Below are positions 1 to 12,896 of a stretch of 64,000 bases of DNA, piece by piece. The stretch comes from Eledone cirrhosa (lineage: Eukaryota), in contig OZ024740.1 of NCBI GenBank assembly GCA_964016885.1, forward strand, positions 65,286,001-65,350,000, in the 5' to 3' direction. Each line of letters starts with the position of its first letter. Within the stretch, counting starts at the first letter, position 1. Position numbers and translations under genes: made by a program. Under the pieces are notes generated by a model. That model worked only from the letters and a program-made list of their open reading frames with translations. It ran no database searches and was not told the origin of the DNA.

Positions 1-106
1 TAGTTTTGTCTACATATTAATGTTATGCATTTCTAAAATCAGTTGTGAAATATTTGCATGAAGACGAACTATTTAATTCTCTAGATGAGATTATTTAAAT
101 TCACTT

Positions 107-293
107 AGGGCGGTGGATTGGCAGTATCGGTAGAGGGTCGGACGCCATGCTTTCCAGCATAGTTACGTCCCTTTACGATCTGAGTTCAAATCCCGCCGAG
201 GTTGACTTTGCCTTTCATCCTTACGGGGTCGATAAAATAAAGTACCAGTAATGCACTGGGTAATTTGCTGGCCTTGTGCCTAAAGTAGAAACA
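107..293 (+). mobile_element. tRNA-derived SINE, full length, with 17-bp target-site duplication
   Basis: A-box-like TGGCAGTATCGG, B-box GAGTTCAAATCC, central GCCTTTCATCCTTACGGGGTCGATAAAATAAAGTACCAG, 3' end AAACAATTATT. ATTATTTAAATTCACTT flanks both sides (90-106 and 294-310). Multiple copies in the window. Confidence 0.85.
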
Positions 294-1254
294 ATTATTT
301 AAATTCACTTCCCACATTCAATCATTGGAATTCTCGAGATTAATTTCAATAATTTATGGTGCCAGAAACATTTTGAAATGTCAAATTAATTTACGTGTAT
401 TACCTAAATGTTGTCGTCTACTAATGGATATATAAATAAATAAGTCGCTGGAAAACATTCAGCTTGAATTTATGAATAAGCAAGAAGAGGTAATTTAATA
501 TATTTTAAATTTGAATTGTAAATAATAAAATAGGTTTTGTGTCACCGTGTCTATCCCTTCTCAAATAGCAATTATTATAATTGCAATTATTATAATCCGT
601 ATATTTATCATAACGACCTCGGGTGGATTTCAATGCTCTTCATGGGGTAATGGTATTAAAACCTGCAGTTCTATTTAATGTCTATCCCTATAGATATACG
701 TAAATAAGCCCGTTATGGCTCCAATCAGCAAATACACTATACCGAACACTATACCGTACTGACGCTCCAAAGTCGGGAAACCAAACGAGGACCACCAATC
801 GACACCCACACGGCATACGTAACCGCTCTGCAACTGCCACCGAATGGAGAAGACAGACGTTATCAAGGTGCAGCTGTCATATTACGTAGTTTTTATATAA
901 TAATGCAAAAGCTATTATTATCTACAGCGACTACGGCCCCATTAATAATAGTCCGGGCTCCACACCCTCCCGTCTTAACTCTCAAACCATAAACCTAGAT
1001 GCCGTGATGCCACGCATTGTCAAATCTAGTTCGTACAACACAACATAAACACAGTGATCAAGAAAATACCCAAGTCATTAAACAAATAAACGAAATTAAC
1101 CTAATTTGAAAAACACCAAATACGATATGAGAAGGTGACGGAAGATGTATAGGCCGCTCAGTGACCTTGTTTTAAGAATGTGTCTACCGTTTGTGACTAA
1201 CCCAAAGAAAGGACATAATCAAAGAAAGAAAGAAACAATAAGCACCTCAAAGCC

Positions 1255-1320
1255 CGCGATGTTAACTTCGCCTTTTATCCTTACAGGTCAATAAAATAAA
1301 GCTCCAGTAATGCACTTAGA
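1255..1320 (+). mobile_element. SINE fragment (central domain), same family as 107-293
   Basis: cttcgccttttatccttacaggtcaataaaataaagctccagtaatgcact matches the SINE core. Confidence 0.6.
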
Positions 1321-1839
1321 TAATTGCTGCCCATCTGCTAAAGGCAGATACAATTATTATTAATATCACTCATGGCATTTCGGTCAAGTATCTGTCAAAT
1401 TAAAAGACGAAGAAATCCCTTTAAAATTTTTGTTACCTCAAACAATACCTAAATTCCTCCAAGTAGGTCAGATCTGTCAAAATACCAGCAGCAGTGTTAT
1501 CATTTTACTTATCACTTTAATATAAATAGGGTAAATTTCTACAACTTCAATGTAAAAATTACAAACTCTTATCTATTTTATAATTACTTCTTCAATGCAA
1601 ATGAGATAAAATAAAATAAAATTAATTTCTTAGCTATACGCCATGCAAATCTAAATTTGAATTAATCCCTAATATTTCTTAGAATCTCCCTCAAATACGC
1701 TAATCTTCTACTACTTGAGTGTAAATAATTTAATTGCATAACCCTACGCCTTTCATTTGCAAACATGAAATGACACCACATTTCCTTAGAATCTCCTTTT
1801 TAGCGGCACATCACCGATGTAAATTCCCCACTAAAAGCT

Positions 1840-2220
1840 TTTAGAATGGGTGGTATTAGTAAACATATTTGTGTTACAATTGTACAAAGAATAAGACGAG
1901 CAGTGTGTGTTTATACTGGTTTACTTCATAGAAGTAAATACTGAAACGTACATATATTTTACCATTCATAGTGAGGAGGCTGGAGTCTCCTTAGGCTGTT
2001 GGTGAGTTGAGGATTTGCTCTGCATTCTGGCGTGTTGTTAACGAGACTGCTGCAAAGCGTCAAAGAGAGGGAGTTGATCTTTCAGCCTCTTACTTATAGT
2101 GGCCAAGAGGACGTAACTCCTTTTACCTCCTGTGGGTGACACCAGGGGTCTCTACCACCACAAAGGGACGCAACTCTTATTTTAGTTCTGATGTTCCCCG
2201 CAAGGGGTGAGGGCGCTACA
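1840..2220 (-). repeat. 3' LTR of Gypsy element
   Basis: Highly similar to 6945-7303. Preceded on the minus strand by purine tract GAAGGAGGGTAC (2221-2232). Confidence 0.93.
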
Positions 2221-2379
2221 GTACCCTCCTTCAGATGATAGGGAAAAGCCCGAAGGTAACTGTATCGAATCCACAAGCATGGGATCCAAGCAGAGGCATG
2301 AAAGAGTAACACAAATTCGAAAAAGTACATGCATACATAGTTCAATGAAAAAGCAAACAAAAAGGCTCCAGTGGCCAGT

Positions 2380-3602
2380 TCATATGAAAAGAATTTGGCA
2401 GAATGTTTTGGTCCAGTGGACTCTTCGACCGGAACGGATCGTGGTCTTGTATGTAGGTGAAGGTGAGGAAGAAGAAGCAGGTGTGTGTGCGAAGGAGAAA
2501 GATGTGGGAAATTGTGGCTCAGGCGTGTGAGCATCTGTGTAGGCCCGCTTAAGTCTATCGATAGAAACCGTCTCTCTGGAACACCCAATGTCTTCTGTGA
2601 AATGTTTATCAGTTTGGGCTAATACACGGTAGGGTCCAGAGTACGGCTGTGTGAGAGGAGGTCTCACAGCATCTTTCCTCACGAACACGTGCGTCCACGA
2701 AGCAATATTCCTCGGGACTGCAGTTTTTTCAGTTTGTTTCCTCGTGTCCATCGGCGGCAGGTCCTGGAAATACGAACGCAGACGGGACACGTAGGAAATC
2801 GGATCTTGTGCAGCAAGATCGACAGGGGGAAGCATTTGCCCAGGCAACGCTAGAGGAGCACCATACAATAATTCGGCAAGGGAGAACCCAAGGTCCACCT
2901 TTATTGATGACCGGATCCCCAACAACACAATAGGGAGGTACTCGCTCCAACGCGTAGAGTCAGAAGAAGTCCGTAGAGCGGCTTTAATTGTCGGTGGAAA
3001 CGCTCCACCATTCCGTTATATGCAGAATGGTACGAAGTTGTTCGGATTCGTTTAGCACAAATGATCTTCGTTAATTCATAGAAGAGATTCGATTCAAACT
3101 GCCTTCCACGGTCCGTTGTAATCGTGGTTGGCACTCCAAAGCGGGCAATCCATCCTGATACTAGAGCACGTGCTGCCATTTCAGCAGTGATGTCTTTCAA
3201 GAGTATGGCTTCAGGACATCGCGAAAAACGATCAATAACAGTCAATAGACAAGTGTGACCACCACCGACTGGCCAAGGTCCCACGATGTCCACATGAATG
3301 TACCGGAAACGGGCGTCCGGTGTACTGAAAATACCGAGCGGAACCTTAACGTGTTTATGGATTTTCGATTTCTGGCAAGCGATGCAGGAACGGCACCAAG
3401 CAGTAATATTGCGACTCATATTTGGCCAGAAGAATCTGGCTGTTATGAGCTTTACTGCGGCAGAAGATCCTGGGTGGGAAATGCTGTGTAAAGCAAGAAA
3501 CACAGTACAGCGATGGTTTAGTGGGACGAATGGTCTCGGTGAATCCACGGAAACGTCGCAGAGAATTTGTCCGTCTGCGGTGGGCAATGGCAGGTATTTC
3601 AA
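2380..3602 (-). pseudogene. Gypsy integrase (frameshifted)
   Basis: ORFs 2901-3602 and 2380-2928: HHCC zinc finger (HSISHPG...CIAC), IHVDIVGP, ITTDRGRQFES, NGMVERFHRQLK, and GPY/F module (PYSGPYRV). Confidence 0.93.
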
Positions 3603-3699
3603 ATTACTTGTCGCAAATTCGGCTGATGATCCAACGATTCCAGTGCAGGCTGGTCTGCTGCCAAGTGATTTAAATCGATGTCGTGGAATGACGCATTCG

Positions 3700-5450
3700 A
3701 ACTGATCGGCAATCGAGACAGGGCGTCAGCCGCTGTGTTCAATGAGCCTGGAATGTGTTGGATGTCGTTTGTGAATTGCGAGATAAAGTCGAGATGCCTT
3801 GTTTCTCTGGGCGAGTACTTGTCGGACTTTGCCCTTTAAGCCAAGGTCAAAGTGTTATGGTCCGTATAGATTGTAAAATACCTTCCTTCGATCATATCTG
3901 AAAAATGTTTCACGGAAAGGTAGATGGCTAACAGTTTCCAACCAAAGGTGCTGTAGCGAGTTTCTGCAGGTTTCAACTTCCTGGGGAAAAACTCCAATGG
4001 TTGTTGGTGATCGTCACTACTCTGTTGTAAGACTGCATCAACTGCAGTATCCGACGCATCAACACAAGCGAAAGCTTGGAATTGGACACTGGGTGGGCCA
4101 GCAAAGATGCACTAGCCAATGCTGATTTGGCTTTTTGAAAATCCTCGAGCTGTTTGAGTCAAAGAGATTTCCTTGTTCTTCTTGCAACAATTTTTCAGCA
4201 TCTCAGTAAGAGAGAAGAGTAGATTAGCACAACGCGGAACAAAACGTCTATAGAAATGTATCAGTCCTAGGAATTGTCGCAACTGACGAAGTGAGGTCGG
4301 CGGAGGCAAATCCTCTATAGCCTGAACTCGTTGAGGGAGGGGTCGAATACCCTCGGAGTCAATGACATGACCTACAAAATTCAGTGATTCCGCACCGAAA
4401 ACACATTTTGAGGGTTTTATTTGAACACTGTAATCCTTGAGTCGACAAAACAAAATATTCAAATGATGTATGTATTCTTCTCTGGAGGAACTAGCAATAA
4501 GCAGATCATCAATATAAGTGTAGACGAAGTCTAAACCAGGAGTGACCTCACCCATAAACCGTTGAAGCATGTCCAAAAGGCATGGTAAGAAATTCGAATG
4601 ATCCAAATGGAGTCGTAATGGCTGTTTTCGGAATATCTTCTTTCTTGACAGGAATCTGATGATAAGCTCGCACCAAATCGAGAATTGAGAAACTTTACAT
4701 CCCTACAACGACGATGCAAAATCTTTCAGGTATGGAATAGGATATCTATCCGGGACAGTTATAGCATTTAACTTCCTATAATCCCCAGTGGGTCTCCAGT
4801 CGCTAGAAATCTTGGGTACCATGTGTAACAGAGAAGCCCAAGGGCTCGTAGACGGGCGAATTATGCCTAGCTGTAGCATATGATCAAACTCCGACCGTGC
4901 TGGCTTCAACTTGTCCGCAGGAAAGCGGCGAGGACGGGAAAACACTGGAGTACCAGTAGTGGAGATGAAATGTACGGTTGAGTGAGTCGGTTCGACAACT
5001 CGAAAATGTCCCTGAGTAAGCTGTGGGAAAGAATTCAACAATGCATGATAGGCATTCCCAGCATTAGCGATGAAGAGGGTCGGGCTAACCGTTGGAAAAT
5101 TAGCTTTCTGGCCACGAAGAGAAAAACCACCAATGCCGTCTAATAAGCGTCGGCCACGGACGTCCACCGTCAATGAAAAATGGTGTAGAAAATCCGCTCC
5201 CAAGATCGGATATGGTAGGTAAGCAACCGTAAAAATCCATTTGAATTCTCGTCGAAGATTTCTGAATTGCAGAGGAAGCGAGATTTGTCCAAAAGTCCCT
5301 ATCAGCGAATGATTGACAGCTTGTAGATTCATTGATGACTCAGGAGGAGTTTATTTAACATAGTTCACCGGCCAAATGCTGCAGGAGGCTCCCGTATCTA
5401 CGAGGAAAGATCTTCCGGACAGAAGGTCCTCAATAAAGAAGTGGCGGTTT
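3700..5450 (-). pseudogene. Gypsy protease / reverse transcriptase / RNase H (disrupted)
   Basis: [40 protein letters not shown] and LRQFLGL in ORFs 4703-5332 and 4112-4606. RNase H motifs (DASD..., YTDH) lie in 3800-4070. Confidence 0.92.
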
Positions 5451-5481
5451 GGGTGTGTGGCACAGAGATCAGCTGCCGCCT

Positions 5482-6257
5482 TCAGTGACTCTGGTTTGCG
5501 TTTCCCGAAGTTGAATAGTTACACGGTGGCCGGCAGTGTTTTCCTTTATCAGCCAAGGTGGCAGGATACCAGCAAAAAGACGAATTGCTGACGGGCGAGC
5601 TGGTGTTACGGCGTGAAGTCGCAAAGGAACGCGAACGACTTCTTGGCCACCTGGGAGTTGGACTACTATCCCTACATAATTTCACGACTTGACGCGTCAA
5701 TGCCTCAATCGCCTTCAACATGGCATCCTCGTATGTCGAGACGGGCTGGTTCGGAAAGGTTGAAGAGGCAACAAGCGAGTCCGACGAGGTAGTTTTCCTA
5801 GAGAATTCCACAATTCGATCGGCAGACGCAGCGATCTGCTCCACCGAGCTCGAGTCCACTATGTTAGCCAATATAATCTGGATATTGTTTGGCAAGCGAA
5901 AGAAAAATAGCTTTTTAATAAATAAACTATCCTCATCGGGCGATTCACTGAGGTCCTAAAATTTGGACGGTGACCTGTCGCCTAAACACTCGTCCTCCAA
6001 TAATGCACGAAACCTGCTTTCAGCAGAACGGCAGTTTCTCCTTAATATTTCTGTCCTCAACGAATCATACGAAGTACTGATTGGCGGGTCCGTTATTAAA
6101 TCTTTCACCGTGGTGGCGAGCGACGAAGATATGCCACTAATCAAAACATTGAGTTTCTGCTCGGTTTTAATTCCATTTGCAGCAAAATATGCGTCCAATT
6201 ACGCAAACCAGAGCTTGGGATCACTGGAGGACGCCAGTAAATTAGGACTACTCATCA
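5482..6257 (-). pseudogene. Gypsy gag (disrupted)
   Basis: DPKLWFA*..AYF, LGDRSPS.FL, and a C-terminal CWY...HC.PPC knuckle remnant in ORFs 5956-6198 and 5482-5895. Confidence 0.85.
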
Positions 6258-6930
6258 TTAGCATGTATCAGTTCCACATAAAAATATTAAATGATATCCA
6301 AGTAAAGAAATGCAACGCGTGTTAGATGTTTGGAACAACGGGAAAACAACACAAATGAAGAAAGAAGAAAAAAATATATATATATCTGGTGAATTTGCAA
6401 AATCCGGAATCCACAAGTCACAAAAATTCAAGGCAGAAAAATTAAATGTTTTTTTCTTTTTTTTTTAGATTGGAGAAGGAGATGGCAAATGGCGGGAAAA
6501 TTGGCGGACAAGTCAGCCATTGTGAATTTATTTGTTAAACGAACAATTAACAAGAAAAATAAGTATGAATTAGCAATTTTTTTCTGTTTGTTCTTTTGTT
6601 TTCAATTTTCAATTTCGTTGTATTACATAGTTGCAAAAAATAAAGTATTAGTTTCGTCATCATTTTTTTTTTATATGTTGTATGTTTCTCTTAGGTAACT
6701 GCTTGTTAAAAGAAAGAAATCATACATTTGCTATGAAGGCTTCGTAGAGTCAAATGATGTATCAGAAGTTGCAATTTAGAAATGTTCAATGTTCGAAGGT
6801 TGCGTTTAAAAATAATGTTGGAGTGTTCTAAAGAGCAAGGAAACGGTGCTCAAGAATATTAAATAATTCAATGTGGTTACACATATAGCAGAAGTCTTTA
6901 GAAGTTTTTAGAAGGCTGTGTAATCAATAA

Positions 6931-6943
6931 TCGGGGTCAACCA
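6931..6943 (-). promoter_or_regulatory. Primer binding site (tRNA-Trp-like)
   Basis: Minus strand TGGTTGACCCCGA, 1 nt downstream of the 5' LTR. Resembles TGGTGACCCCGA with a one-base insertion. Confidence 0.75.
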
Positions 6944-6944
6944 C

Positions 6945-7303
6945 TTTAGAATGTGTGGTATTAGTAGACATATTTGTGTTACAATTGTACAAAGAATAAG
7001 AATAGCAGTGTGTGTTTATACTGGTTTATTTCATAGAAGTGAATAATTTTACCATTCATAGTGAGGGTTGGAGTCTCCTTATGCTGTTGATCAGTTGAGG
7101 ATTTACTCTGCATTCTGGCGTGTTGTTAACGAGACTGCTGCGAAGCGTCAAAGAGAGGGAGTTGATCTTTCAGCCTCTTATTTATAGTGGCCAAGAGAAC
7201 GTAACTCCTTCTACCTCCTGTAGGTGACACCAGGGGGTCACTACCGTCACAAAAACTCTTATTTTAGTTCTGATGTCCCCGGCAAGGGTGTGGGGGCGCT
7301 ACA
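6945..7303 (-). repeat. 5' LTR of Gypsy element
   Basis: Direct repeat of 1840-2220. Minus strand begins TGTAGCGCCC and ends CATTCTAAA. Confidence 0.93.
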
Positions 7304-7900
7304 CGCTTTTTTATGTATACCTGTCATACCATATACTTTAAACTGTTTTTCAATTCTTCAATAAAAGCATTTAACTGGCTTCTTATACCACTGTAACATA
7401 ATTTTACTAGAAAATACGTTTAATCCGAAATATATTGTCACTCAGCTAGATGAAAAGGGCATCTAAGTTACCTTCGTCTTATTGTAGGTTACTTTCGTCT
7501 CACTACCCTTATCGATAGGGATGTCTAAGTAATCAAACTTGCTAACGTCACATTCATTTCTATTTACGCCCAAACTCTTATGATAGATTTTGTGCAGTAA
7601 TACTTCGAAACGTCCGTAATTCGGAACAAACACATCATCAATATATCAAGAGATTCACCCATTTCCCTAATTGCGCCTATACACCTATACGTAAAGGTTC
7701 ATAACATTTATCAATCACTATAAATAATAGCTGAAAATATCAGGTAAAGTGTTACGGAAGACACACAACTCTGCTAACAGAAGATCATCCTAGGAAACTG
7801 GCTCAACGCTTTGCAAGTCACCTAAAAGTGTAAGTATTATTAAGCTGTAAATTATTAGCAGCCATAGAAACTTCCTCTAACAATGGTTATAGGATAATAT

Positions 7901-8053
7901 AATAATTGTTTCTACTTTTTGGCACAAAGCCAGCAATTACCCAGTGAATTACTGGTACTTTATTTTATCGACCCCGTAACGATGAAAAGCAAAGTCAACC
8001 TCAGCAGGATTTGAACTCAGATCGTTAAGGGACGTAACTATGCCGATACTGCC
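7901..8053 (-). mobile_element. SINE copy (internally deleted head)
   Basis: Reverse complement of the 107-293 family. Confidence 0.85.
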
Positions 8054-9349
8054 TAAAGATTATTTAATCACATAATTACACACGCTTTACTTGAGTACAT
8101 TTCTGATTACAGACTACCGACATTTTGGCACAGCATTTCAAATAGGATGGTAAATGAAGGAATCTGTAATTCAATGTGCCTTTTATGTGTACGGGATGGG
8201 GGTATTATTTGAGCGAGAAACTTTTAAAGATCGCTGAAATTTAGTAAATGTGTAGTAGACACTTCTTTGTGGTTCAAAACTGTTTATACTGTCTTCCATT
8301 ATTTCGACTAGGATTACTCGATACCTTTGTAATGAATCAATCTTGAGAATATTATATTGTCAGTTGAAATGAATTTTCTTTATTTAAATATCTGAGTGTC
8401 ACAGTAAATAATGAACAGCATTTATTTCCACCTTAGATAGTTCTACAGTAGATGAATCAACTAAATTCTGTCAATAATAGATATTGCAATAAAAATGATG
8501 TACTGGCAGATCCGGAGGATTAAAACAAAAATGGTGTGTGGTATTTAGTTATACTACTTAGATTTCTTAATTTAAATCTTTAATGACACATTTTTTTTAT
8601 CATCCGAATGAAATCGAACGAATAATGTCCAAATACAGATTAAACTTTTCCATCCATATATGTGGCCTTGTCAGAAATTCAGGGATATCAGTTTAGAAGC
8701 TACAGTATAATGATATAAAGAGCAATTACCGTCAATATTCAAGAATATACAATATGACAACGATCTCTATCTACGGGCAACAGCTTGAACATTTACATCA
8801 CACACGGTGAACGAACATTAAAATAGTGCTTTAAAATAGTGATTTTATGGTGGAAATTCGAATTGTTATTTTAAGCATGTCGCTACTTTAGCTTCCTCGA
8901 TATTTCATATCGGCTTCTAATATGCGACAGAAATTTCTATATGAAACTAATATTTGGAGAAAAAACACCAATTTTATAGTATACAGTTGCCATCAGTTAC
9001 ATATATTCGGCTTAGCTCATTCAATTTTAGTATGACTGCTACAATATAATCGTATAGATTGAGAGAACTCATTTTAAAATTATGATTTTTATTGAAGATA
9101 TTTAATATCATTTAAGAGCCTAATAAATGTAATAAAGTCTTTACTTTTGATTCAATCCTAATTCATTCTCTTGCATTATACATCACTATAATAGTTTTTC
9201 TGAGGTGACAAATGTAACTGTTAAAGCAACATCAAACATAACAAATTGCTATAATAAATTCAACGTAATTACTCCTTTATGTCAAACACGTCATCATTAT
9301 TGAGAAAATAAAATATAATTTATAATTTTATTGTTACCCGGACAATGGA

Positions 9350-9480
9350 GGTGTTTGGATTAGCAGAATCGTTAGAGCACCAGCTAAAATACTTCGCCGC
9401 TTTTTACGTTCTGAGATCAGATCCCACACATCATAGCTCTGCCGCCATTCCTCCCTATATGGTCGGTAAAATAATGAAAT
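9350..9480 (+). mobile_element. Diverged SINE copy
   Basis: ggattagcagaatcgttagag...ttacgttctgagatcagatccc...ggtcggtaaaataa resembles the SINE head and core. Confidence 0.5.
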
Positions 9481-9867
9481 TGAATTTCTGAGATCAATAT
9501 GCTCAATATACCCCTCCCACAGACCCCACACAATATATGTTTATTTCAACTGCATTATAACTCTTTCTTCATACATGTATTATTCACTGTATTGACTCCT
9601 GCATTCTACACCAATTGTCCTCGCTTATAACTTATTTCTCTGTATTATTTGCTTGTGTTCTTTTTCTTTTCTTGTGATTTTTTTGCTTGTGCTTTTTACT
9701 TTTACTTATACCTATTACACTTCCAGACAGAGCTCCCTGTAATTGTGTTATTTCTAGCGGAACATCTTATTAACTCCTGAATCTCTATATGATGCCTTTG
9801 ACACTAATATGTACCCTACATGTTCTAAGTGACTAGGATTCTAGTTACACGTTGTCGACATTCCTTT

Positions 9868-9914
9868 TGCTCCGATGAATCCAGACTTCCCTCTGGAAGA
9901 AACAATTGTCAACT
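9868..9914 (+). ncRNA. Degenerate minimal hammerhead ribozyme (PLE pLTR-type)
   Basis: CCGATGA, stem II tccaga/tctgga, GAAAC-AATT-GTC (palindromic stem III). Stem I is damaged. Related to 42137-42183. Confidence 0.55.
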
Positions 9915-10335
9915 AATAAATGTTCGAAACTAAAATTTGATCGTTTTAACACTTTGTATCTCGGCTCTGTAAACCACTTAAACATTTGCATTGAGCCTTT
10001 TGTCATAGCGGTAACCGGCTAGTACTTAGTACTAGTCTACATATTTATAGGTATATCAAACATATATAAATATAGATATAAATATTACTATATATATACA
10101 TGTGTGTGTGTGGGGGGGGGGGGATTTATGTGTGGGAATGTGTGCGAGTTTGTGTGTATATTTTCCGACGTGAATCTTTAATATGTGAATCTGTAATTTG
10201 GATTGGACTTAATTCAAATATGTTTATTAACTCGATTCTTTTAACCTGTAGCAATTTAATATCCAAATACAGTTCTGAAGATGTTGTTGAGCCGATACTA
10301 TTTTCAGAATATGTATTGGCGGTGGTAATGTTATT

Positions 10336-10413
<78 letters not shown>

Positions 10414-10494
10414 TATATCCCGGGTTCAATCGGGGTAACCACAGTAAGTAAGGTACTCAATACAAAGCAGAATATAAATATTTAATATAGAGAA

Positions 10495-10545
10495 GGCTTC
10501 TACAGGACTAGAACTGTTTCATTCGGGAGAAATCATCAGAAAGCC
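10495..10545 (-). ncRNA. Type I hammerhead ribozyme, canonical core
   Basis: Minus strand ggcttt-CTGATGA-t ttc tccc gaa t-GAAA-cag ttctagtc ctg-TA-gaagcc. All three stems pair. GUA cleavage triplet. Confidence 0.8.
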
Positions 10546-10574
10546 CTGATGAAACAGTTCTAGTCCTACAGAAC

Positions 10575-10614
<40 letters not shown>

Positions 10615-10871
10615 ATATGGGTGAGAAGAATACTGCTCGTTGCACGTGGATAACATGTTATAAAATGAGTCCCTCATCAGTGATTTACCAAACGATCATG
10701 GGTATTTCATCGCATTAAAAATCATATACCTCACGTTGGAGCGAATTAACTAAAATAAGTTATTAGGACAATAGAAATGCGTAAAGCGAGTAAGACAAGT
10801 AAACACCACAGGGGGATATATATATAAATATATATATATACATTTAGAACGTAGAAACGCAACTCACGAAT

Positions 10872-10972
<101 letters not shown>

Positions 10973-11209
10973 GAATACATAGTAGAAAGGAAAAATATTT
11001 TTTCAGTAGAAAATGTTAAAGAGATCTTTTCAGTGAAATATCAAAACATTAATTTATTTATACTACCGGTTTCAGCATTAAATGCATTGCCTATTGCTGT
11101 ACAAATAGTGAAAATAATAATAAGAATGAAAAAAATATATAGAGGAAGAAAAAATAATTTTCATATGCATGTTCATTCAGAGAAGAAGGTTAATTTCTCT
11201 CTCCATCCG

Positions 11210-11240
<31 letters not shown>

Positions 11241-11624
11241 AAATAACCCATCTTCTTAACTAATATACACAAAGATAAATAATTTATTTTTATTTATTCT
11301 GAAACAATACAGAAGACAATGTGATGCTAGCTGATGACCGAATAACGATCAATTTCAAAATGAATTCTTGTATATAGAGGAAGAAAATGATTTATGGTGG
11401 CAGCTGAAATATTTGTATCACTTGTCTGCATTTTGTTAAGAATACTTAATTTACGAAGTTTATATGTATATATTAAATAGAACAGTTTAGGTTAGAATTC
11501 AGCAGTCAGACAAAATACATATTATCGTGTACACATTGTCTTGTCTCTCTGCTAATCGTTAAGACTCCAAACGACATAACACTTAAACCATGAATCAAAT
11601 ATTGAATCTTATATTAATGTGGTA

Positions 11625-11659
<35 letters not shown>

Positions 11660-11739
11660 TCTTCTTCTTCTTCTTCTTCTTCTTCTTCTTCTTCTTCTTC
11701 TTCTTCTTCTTCTTCTTCTTCTTCTTCTTCTTCTTCTTC

Positions 11740-12175
11740 TTGTTTCCTATGACATTCTATCAACATGCACATAGTATCGTATCTACGATTTTTTCAATTC
11801 TCAGAAATAGTGGCTCTACATGGGGTAACTCTCTGATCTCCGATTTACGCACTTTATCGAGTAACTGTACTGCAAATCCCTTCGGAGGAATCCCATTTAA
11901 GCCGCTTTTATTCACGATCGTATTATTTCGGTCATTAGCCAAGATTCATGACTATAGGTAAGGGTTGGCACGAATACCGAATTGAAGATACCGAGTTTGG
12001 CTTTTACGCCTACCTCCATTCTTCTGATTACTGAATGATGTTGCTGGTGCATTAGTCCACCAGCTTTTGCAATTATTGTACTAATTTAGCCTCCTGCCAT
12101 CCATCACTCATGAATACGGCCCAGAGATACTTGAACTTCTCTACCTGCTACAGTGGAACTCCATTCCTGTGGTAG
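11740..12175 (-). mobile_element. RTE-like LINE 3' fragment (decayed) ending in (AAG)n/(CAG)n tract
   Basis: VEKFKYLG-like motif near 12125-12150 and LLDKVRKSEIRE..HVEPLFLRIE. Similar in type to 47595-48450. Confidence 0.65.
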
Positions 12176-12896
12176 CCTCGTTAGCAAATATCGTTAAGCA
12201 ATACACTACATAAATGAACAAATTATTGTTTCGATAATTTACTATGCATATTTGTGGAGTAATACAAAAGAAGTAGATTAATACCAATACTAAGAATTCT
12301 TCCGAATTGTAAGAAATAATATGGCCAAAATAACAGGTTGCCCTCTAGATCTTCGTGAAACACCTATCCAACTGTAAATATTGCCAATGACAAATTCTCT
12401 TCTATTAAATACATATTAGGCAGCAGTAAACAATTGGGATGTTTCCACCAGTTCAGAATACTTGATTGACCCCACTACATCCCAATGAAAATCCTATATT
12501 TACTCACAACAAAGCTGGCCGTAATATATATCCAAAAGAAATATAGCCGTGTTTTATCTGAAGCTGCCTTGCAATAAAAAGTCAATTATTTTACACGACG
12601 AAAATACAAAGATAATAGAACACATATGGCAGTGATGAATAACGTATTTCTAAGATGTATAAGTAATTCTTTTTATTATCAATGTATTATATTTTCATAT
12701 AACGTATGTAATATTTCATAAATATACCTAGACAATTTTCTTATGTACTTATGTGCGTATGCGTGCCGAATGTATGTATGCGTGTGTGTTAAATAGTGAT
12801 GCCATCGTTTATATTAAAAATAGAATCGTTATGGCATTCATTAATTCACTTGAGGTTTTATTATATATAAATATATGTATGTATATGTCTATCTAT

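Larger units (their letters stand above)
1840..7303 (-). mobile_element. Ty3/Gypsy LTR retrotransposon, full length but degenerate (probably CsRN1-like lineage)
   Basis: Two ~360-380 bp direct LTRs, PBS, PPT, and gag-PR-RT-RH-IN order on the minus strand with stops and frameshifts. Putative 4-bp TSD AGCT (1836-1839) / CGCT (7304-7307). Confidence 0.95.

Noticed and set aside
107-200. Functional tRNA gene
   Set aside because: The A/B boxes belong to a multi-copy SINE with a TSD, and no proper cloverleaf is seen.
10630-10685. Minus-strand CTGATGAG motif between TA tracts
   Set aside because: No GAAA or consistent stem II/III; too decayed to call.
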